DNA of 64,000 nt from Candidatus Marsarchaeota archaeon (GTDB lineage Archaea > Thermoproteota > Thermoprotei_A > Marsarchaeales > Marsarchaeaceae). The stretch lies in assembly GCA_023487445.1 (NCBI GenBank), contig JAMDBQ010000006.1, positions 4,157 through 68,156 on the forward strand, read 5' to 3'. This document shows positions 58,739 through 64,000 of the stretch, in pieces (position 1 is the first letter of the stretch; every line of letters starts with the position of its first letter). The position numbers were made by a program, and so were the translations under genes. The notes below the pieces were generated by a model that saw only the letters and a list, made by a program, of their open reading frames with translations, was not told the origin of the DNA and did no database searches.

Positions 58739-58987
58739 ATGGCGGATACTAGGAGGCGCACGTCGATCACTCTACCACGCTCATCCCCCACGGGGCGGAC
58801 GCCCGCCGCAAACCGGTCTGGGCGATGCGGCTCCAGCGTGGCTGAGCTACCCCACCCCGCAATTACGGGGATGAGTTGCACAAGGCAGCGCGGCCACAGG
58901 GGCGTCCACTCCTACAAGCTCGGTGACGGATCCTGGTTCATATGGGGAACAATCTCGGCTGAGGAGATGGGTAAACCCCGCTCATAG
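58739..58987 (+). CDS. Hypothetical small protein or remnant
   Basis: ATG about 23 nt after TTTAAA, divergent from the wHTH gene; N-terminal RTSITLP. Confidence 0.35.
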   Translation: MADTRRRTSITLPRSSPTGRTPAANRSGRCGSSVAELPHPAITGMSCTRQRGHRGVHSYKLGDGSWFIWGTISAEEMGKPRS

Positions 58988-59140
58988 CTGCGCCTCCCAG
59001 TCAAACGTGTGCGTGCATACGCCTCCGCCACTTGAGCCGAGTCACATGGACGAGGCGGTTCACCGCACCAGCCGCGGCGTGTTCCAACCTAACCCCGAAT
59101 CTGGGGAGGGCAATGCGCCGCCAAGCCCGCATCTACGGTG

Positions 59141-59674
59141 TTAGCGTGGATTGAAGAAGCTTCTTACGTTGGGCCGCGTAAGATAGTACAGGATTATGAT
59201 ACTGATCACCGTGCCCACTGGGAACGCTAGTAGGCCTATTATCGCGAATACAATGGCTACGAGCCTCGCCCAGCCCTTCCCCGAGTAGAGACCCCAGGCA
59301 ATTCCTAGGTCTATAAGCGCCAACACAACGAATAGTCCCCCGAACACGCCAGCGAACGCGCCTACCGAGAGGAACAGAAACCCAGCAAAGAAGGCGGGAA
59401 GCAGGCTTGCGAGTGCGTTGAGCACCCACAGTGCCGCAAGGATAGTAACCCCCGTCGGCCTCTCCTTGGCGGTAGCAGAGGCCGCGCCCTGCTGGCCGAG
59501 GTAAACAGAACCTTGGGTCTGCGTCCAACTCTGGCCTTGGCCTTGGTTCTGGCTCTGACCTTGACCTGGGCTCTGAGGCTGAGTCTGCAGACGGGTGCCG
59601 CAGTTTGCGCAGAAAACTGCTTCAGCGGGGTTCTCAGCTCCGCAGCTCGGACATTTAGGCGCCATTGAAGACAA
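59141..59674 (-). CDS. Zinc-ribbon plus Q-rich linker plus multi-TM membrane protein
   Basis: CPSCGAEN..FCANCG; QSPGQGQSQNQGQGQ; RP.GV..LA; GKGWAR; YLTRP.V..FF. Confidence 0.85.
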   Translation of the reverse strand: MSSMAPKCPSCGAENPAEAVFCANCGTRLQTQPQSPGQGQSQNQGQGQSWTQTQGSVYLGQQGAASATAKERPTGVTILAALWVLNALASLLPAFFAGFLFLSVGAFAGVFGGLFVVLALIDLGIAWGLYSGKGWARLVAIVFAIIGLLAFPVGTVISIIILYYLTRPNVRSFFNPR

Positions 59675-59854
59675 ATAGGATCGTTTAACACCCTACCCGA
59701 AATCCTATTTAAGGCAAGTGGGCAATATTCAGGCAACCGCCTTCGCAAGAAGCGTCGTTAACAATAATCTATCTTTGCCATCCTAAGCGTCCATTGTAGC
59801 CGGGCGAAACAGGGTCTCGCAGGCTTCCGCTGGCGGCCAAGTAAACACTCAGAG

Positions 59855-59930
59855 GGCCGCAGGCGGGATTCGAACCCGCGATCCTCGGCTCCACAGGCCG
59901 ATGCGTTAACCAGACTACGCTACTGCGGCC
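59855..59930 (-). tRNA. tRNA-His(GTG) with encoded G-1 and C73
   Basis: G-GCCGCAG/CTGCGGC-C; TCGGC-CTGTGGA-GCCGA. Confidence 0.95.
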
Positions 59931-60357
59931 ACGACACGCTGAGCCGCGGCTCGTGGCTCAGACTCGGCTGGGTCTAATAAGGAGTAGCACAAGGCACCGG
60001 GCTACCCTTGGCTAAGCCAAGACATGCGAGCCGCTCAGCCCGTGCACCGCCTTCTCCCCGGCAGGGAAACCTAATCAGATGCCTCGGAAGCTCGTGTTGA
60101 GACCTTGTCACTTAAGAAGCCTTAGCAGTCTAACCCCTGCGATCCACTTAGCTGGCGGCCGCCAAGTAATATTGTGCCTCAAGGATCTGAGAGACCTGCC
60201 CCACCCCGTGAACCTCTGAGTAGGGATCGGTCCGCGAAACCGGGCCTCGGCGCCCGCGTGGATTCGATAGTGCAGGGCTTGCCATAACACGGTCAAGGGA
60301 GGAATGGAGGTGGAAGCACAAGTTTTATCTTAAGCTAACCTCTGAAGAAGCAGCGGT

Positions 60358-60464
60358 GGGCCCGTAGCTCAGCCTGGTAGAGCGGCAGGCTCATAGGCTT
60401 TCGCCGAGAGACCTGACGGTCAAGGGTTCAAAAGGCGTAATACCTGAAAATCCCTTCGGGCCCA
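60358..60464 (+). tRNA. tRNA(CAT), probably Ile2, with two introns (37/38 at 60396-60410; 59/60 at 60433-60450)
   Basis: GGGCCCG acceptor typical of archaeal tRNA-Ile2; removing both inserts restores CTCATAA and TTCAAAT loops; perfect BHB in the T-arm. Confidence 0.9.
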
Positions 60465-60487
60465 CCTACAATAGTGGTGCAAAACAT

Positions 60488-60766
60488 TTGGGTAGTAAAG
60501 GCAAAGTGGTTGTGGTTGCTAAGGTGTTCCCAGCTGGCGTTGAAACCGACCGCGTGAAGCTTGCGGATGAAATCAGAGCAAAGCTAAACGGCATAGCCGA
60601 AATCAAAAAGGTTGAAGACGAGGAAATAGCGTTCGGGCTCAAGGCCCTGAGAATGCACATGGTTGTACCCGAAGACATAGAAGGTGGAACAGACGTGATC
60701 GAGAACTCCGTGAGCGCTCTGCAAGGGGTAAGCAACGTCGAGATAACCCACGTCTACCGTATATAG
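60488..60766 (+). CDS. ef1b: Elongation factor 1-beta
   Basis: KVFP; EEIAFGLKAL; GGTD.IE; GVSNVE. Confidence 0.95.
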   Translation: MGSKGKVVVVAKVFPAGVETDRVKLADEIRAKLNGIAEIKKVEDEEIAFGLKALRMHMVVPEDIEGGTDVIENSVSALQGVSNVEITHVYRI

Positions 60767-60850
60767 GAGGGGCGCGGATCAGGATGGGAGACACCAGGTG
60801 CGTAAGACTTTTTTATTGTTGAATGAGACTTCAGTGAAAGGTGAAATTGT

Positions 60851-63061
60851 TTGTCGGCCTCCGATAAAAGCGTGAGTCCTCTGCCACCGGACGACGGCTC
60901 GGTGGTTCTTCGTGTAGCGGAGGCCAAGCAGAGAGATGTTGGAAGAAACAAGGTTCGAGTTGACTCCGACATCATGGCCAAGATAAACGTGGGCATCGGA
61001 GACGTTGTAGAAATCTACGGTAAAAGGAAAACCGTGGCGATCGTGTGGCCCGCGTACGTCGAGGACAAGGGAACAGACACGATCAGGATGGATGGGTTGA
61101 TCCGCAAGAATTGCGGCGTCAGCATCGGCGACAAAGTGGTCGTCAAAAAGATAATCCCCAAGGCGGCGTCGTCGGTTAAGCTCGCGCCTTCATCCTACTC
61201 GATAACCGTTGATCCACCGTTCATATCCTACGTCAAAAAGAAACTCGTGGACTACCCCCTCGTCGAAGGAGACACCGTGCTAATACCCGTGCTCGGACAG
61301 GCGATATCGTTCACTGTGGTGGCGGTCAAGGCAACTGACGCCGTGATGGTCACCGAGAACACCCAGATAACCATACTCGACAAGCCCACCGAAAGCAGCG
61401 GCGTCCCCCGCGTCACCTACGAAGATATAGGCGGAATGAAGGATGTGATACCCAAGGTGCGGGAGATGATTGAGCTTCCGCTACGCCACCCCGAGCTTTT
61501 CAAGCGCTTGGGAATAGAGCCGCCTAAGGGCGTGCTACTCTATGGTCCGCCGGGAAGCGGGAAGACGCTTCTTGCGAAGGCGGTTGCCAATGAAACCGAC
61601 GCTTACTTCGTGGCCATCAACGGCCCTGAGATAATGAGTAAATTCTATGGTGAAAGCGAGCAGAAGCTCAGGGAAGTGTTCGAAGACGCGAAGAAGCACG
61701 CACCCGCCATAATATTCATAGATGAACTCGACGCCATCGCCCCTAAGCGTGAGGAGGTAACGGGCGAAGTCGAGCACAGGGTTGTCGCCCAGCTTCTGAC
61801 ACTCATGGATGGACTTGAAGCGCGCGGGGACGTGATAGTGATCGGCGCAACCAACCGCGCAAACGCCCTCGACCCCGCGCTGAGAAGGCCTGGGAGATTC
61901 GACAGGGAAATCGAGATAGTTCTACCTGAAAAACAGGGTAGAATGGAGATACTTCAGATACACACGCGCAATATGCCCCTTGAAAAGGACACCGACCTCA
62001 AGAAACTCGCGGACATGACCCACGGCTACACCGGCGCAGACCTCGCAGCCTTGGCAAGGGAAGCTGCAATGAAGGCGCTAAGACGCTATCTGCCCGACAT
62101 AAACGTTGAGCAGGAAAGCATTCCGCCAGAGATACTTGAGAAGATGACGGTTAAGATGGAGGACTTCCTTTCCGCATACAAGGAGGTCGTGCCCACCGCC
62201 TTACGCGAAGTGTACATCGAAACCCCCGAGGTGCACTGGGACCAGATAGGAGGACTTGAAGACATCAGGTCGCTGCTCACCGAGTCGGTTGAGTGGCCGC
62301 TCAGGAACCCCGAAGTGTTCGAGAAGTTTGGGATAAGGCCCACGAAGGGGATACTGCTCTACGGCCCGCCGGGGTGCGGTAAAACACTCATAGCCAAGGC
62401 TGTTGCAACAGAAAGCGAAGCCAACTTCATACCCATCAAGGGGCCGGAGGTGTTCAGCAAATGGCTGGGCGAATCCGAGAAGGCGATCAGGGAGGCGTTC
62501 AGGCGCGCAAGGCAGTCTGCGCCGTGCATACTCTTCTTGGACGAGCTCGACGCCATGGCGCCGGCAAGAGGCGGAGGCTACGACGACACCGGAGCCACGG
62601 AGCGCGTGGTCACCCAGCTACTAACGGAGCTTGACGGCATGGAGAAGCTTGAGAACGTGGTGGTGATAGGCGCAACCAACCGCCCAGACATCTTGGACGC
62701 CGCGCTCCTGAGGCCTGGTAGGCTGGATAGGCTCGTGTACGTGAGCCCCCCAGATGAGAAGTCAAGGCTCGAGATACTCAAGATATACACGAAGAAGATG
62801 CAGGGCGTGGATCTTGAGAGGCTGGTCGAAGCAACCGACGGCTACAGCGGCGCCGACTTGGAGATGCTATGCAGGGAAGCGGCTCTGAGCGCGCTACGCG
62901 AAAACATTTCAAGCACCGAGGTGAAGTGGGAGCACTTCGAGCAGGCGATGAAGATAGTTCGGCCCTCGATAACCGAGGAAATGCTCAGATACTACAAGAT
63001 GTGGGGCGAGCGGGCGAGGCAGCTCAAGGGCAAGGAGCAGCCGCTTATGAACTACGCCTAG
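60851..63061 (+). CDS. cdc48: Cdc48/VCP AAA+ ATPase
   Basis: N-domain plus two AAA modules ([31 protein letters not shown]). Confidence 0.97.
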   Translation: MSASDKSVSPLPPDDGSVVLRVAEAKQRDVGRNKVRVDSDIMAKINVGIGDVVEIYGKRKTVAIVWPAYVEDKGTDTIRMDGLIRKNCGVSIGDKVVVKKIIPKAASSVKLAPSSYSITVDPPFISYVKKKLVDYPLVEGDTVLIPVLGQAISFTVVAVKATDAVMVTENTQITILDKPTESSGVPRVTYEDIGGMKDVIPKVREMIELPLRHPELFKRLGIEPPKGVLLYGPPGSGKTLLAKAVANETDAYFVAINGPEIMSKFYGESEQKLREVFEDAKKHAPAIIFIDELDAIAPKREEVTGEVEHRVVAQLLTLMDGLEARGDVIVIGATNRANALDPALRRPGRFDREIEIVLPEKQGRMEILQIHTRNMPLEKDTDLKKLADMTHGYTGADLAALAREAAMKALRRYLPDINVEQESIPPEILEKMTVKMEDFLSAYKEVVPTALREVYIETPEVHWDQIGGLEDIRSLLTESVEWPLRNPEVFEKFGIRPTKGILLYGPPGCGKTLIAKAVATESEANFIPIKGPEVFSKWLGESEKAIREAFRRARQSAPCILFLDELDAMAPARGGGYDDTGATERVVTQLLTELDGMEKLENVVVIGATNRPDILDAALLRPGRLDRLVYVSPPDEKSRLEILKIYTKKMQGVDLERLVEATDGYSGADLEMLCREAALSALRENISSTEVKWEHFEQAMKIVRPSITEEMLRYYKMWGERARQLKGKEQPLMNYA

Positions 63062-63075
63062 GAGAAAGCCCACCC

Positions 63076-63312
63076 TTGGTTTCATCGATCCTGAAAGAAG
63101 ACAAACCCGAGCACCTGATATACGAGTACCTGTGCGAGTCGGACGCCTCTGCCACGATCGAAGAGCTCCGGGAGAAACTCACAAAGGGCGGCCGGGAGTT
63201 TTCGCTCCCCCGGCTCAGGCACGCCCTGATGAGGATGGAGCTCTACGGGCTCGTCCACGTGTATGAGAGAAAGGACAACGAGTTAGTGGTGGTTCTGAAG
63301 GCGCGTTCCTGA
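63076..63312 (+). CDS. Small winged-helix-like protein
   Basis: TTG start after the cdc48 stop; IYEYL..TIEELRE.L..L..ALMRMELYGLVHV; stop overlaps the fen ATG. Confidence 0.7.
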   Translation: MVSSILKEDKPEHLIYEYLCESDASATIEELREKLTKGGREFSLPRLRHALMRMELYGLVHVYERKDNELVVVLKARS

Positions 63313-64000
63313 TGGGCGTGGACCTCGACGGCATAGTCTCCGCTAAACCCATCAGGTTCACCGAGCTTCCAAGAGGCGTGGTGGCCGTGGACGCGTACAA
63401 CGCGCTCTACCAGTTCCTCGCCGTGATACGCCAACCCGACGGCTCCCCCCTCACAAACGCGAAGGGGGAGGTGACAAGCCACCTGCAGGGGCTGTTTTAC
63501 CGCACAATCAACCTATTCGAGGTCGGGGTGAAACCCGTGTACGTGTTCGACGGCGAAGTTCACGAGCTCAAACGAAAAGAGCTCAGGGCTAGGGATGAGC
63601 GCAGGGAGAAGGCGGCGGCGCAGGCCGTCGCCGCCGCATCCGAGGGCAGACTGGAGGAGGCACGCTCCAAGGCCGCCCAAGCCGTCAGGATGAATAAACC
63701 CATGGCCGAGCAGGCGAAGGCGCTTCTCGGGTACATGGGTGTGCCATGGGTGCAGGCTCCATTCGAAGGCGAAGCCCAGGCTGCGAAGATAGCGAGAGAC
63801 GGCGCTGCCTACGCCTGCGGAAGCCAGGACTACGACTCCCTTCTGTTCGGAGCCCCGAAGCTGCTTCGAAACCTAACCATAGCCGGGAAAAGGAAGCTCC
63901 CCTACAGGAACCGGTACGTCGACGTCGAACCCGAGCTCGTGGAGCTCGAACTCATACTACGCGAAAACAACCTCACACACGCACAGCTAGTGGATATAGG
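63312..64000 (+). CDS. fen: Flap endonuclease 1 (3'-truncated by the window)
   Basis: MGVDL..AVDAYNALYQFL..IRQPDG.PL..TSHLQGLFYRT..VFDG..APFEGEAQA..SQDYDSLLFG. Confidence 0.96.
   Translation, partial: MGVDLDGIVSAKPIRFTELPRGVVAVDAYNALYQFLAVIRQPDGSPLTNAKGEVTSHLQGLFYRTINLFEVGVKPVYVFDGEVHELKRKELRARDERREKAAAQAVAAASEGRLEEARSKAAQAVRMNKPMAEQAKALLGYMGVPWVQAPFEGEAQAAKIARDGAAYACGSQDYDSLLFGAPKLLRNLTIAGKRKLPYRNRYVDVEPELVELELILRENNLTHAQLVDI

Noticed and set aside
60108..60296. 62-aa basic minus-strand ORF between tRNA-His and tRNA(CAT)
   Set aside because: No recognisable family or clear initiation signal; left uncalled.
1..64000. CRISPR array, integrase, transposase or att-site duplications
   Set aside because: No spaced direct repeats, recombinase motifs or duplicated tRNA 3' ends were seen by eye.
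1..64000. Stop-codon reassignment (Sec/Pyl or alternative code)
   Set aside because: Conserved genes end at expected positions with TAA, TAG and TGA, and no in-frame stop interrupts a conserved domain.

Overview
A gene-dense core-genome segment of an archaeon. S26e, L18a/LX, aCPSF1, EgsA, BHB-type tRNA introns and frequent TTG/GTG starts point to a TACK/Thermoproteota-like lineage (inference). It encodes mostly translation, RNA-modification and proteostasis genes (aIF2beta, aIF6, EF-1beta, ribosomal proteins, ProRS, PheRS, Pelota, ABCE1, Dph5, TruD, NcsA, two proteasome beta subunits, thermosome, Cdc48), replication and repair genes (Cdc6/Orc1, FEN1, EndoQ, a divergent PCNA) and a Dpp/Opp-type ABC transporter. 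It also holds 8 tRNA genes (4 with introns, two at non-canonical positions) and the SRP RNA. No CRISPR array, integrase or transposase was seen. The most notable observations the ORF track does not explain are: a ~100-nt structured ncRNA candidate with its own promoter between pheT and dnaG; a 42-aa hyper-acidic micropeptide upstream of a truncated TFS-like gene and ABCE1; a PP-loop-degenerate GMP-synthase-like protein; a canonical ORB element upstream of cdc6; an orphan VirB2/CedA1-like pilin candidate; several conserved genes that appear to need CTG/ATT starts; and two single-base frameshifts in conserved genes (probably assembly errors). All calls come from motif recognition by eye; no searches were run.
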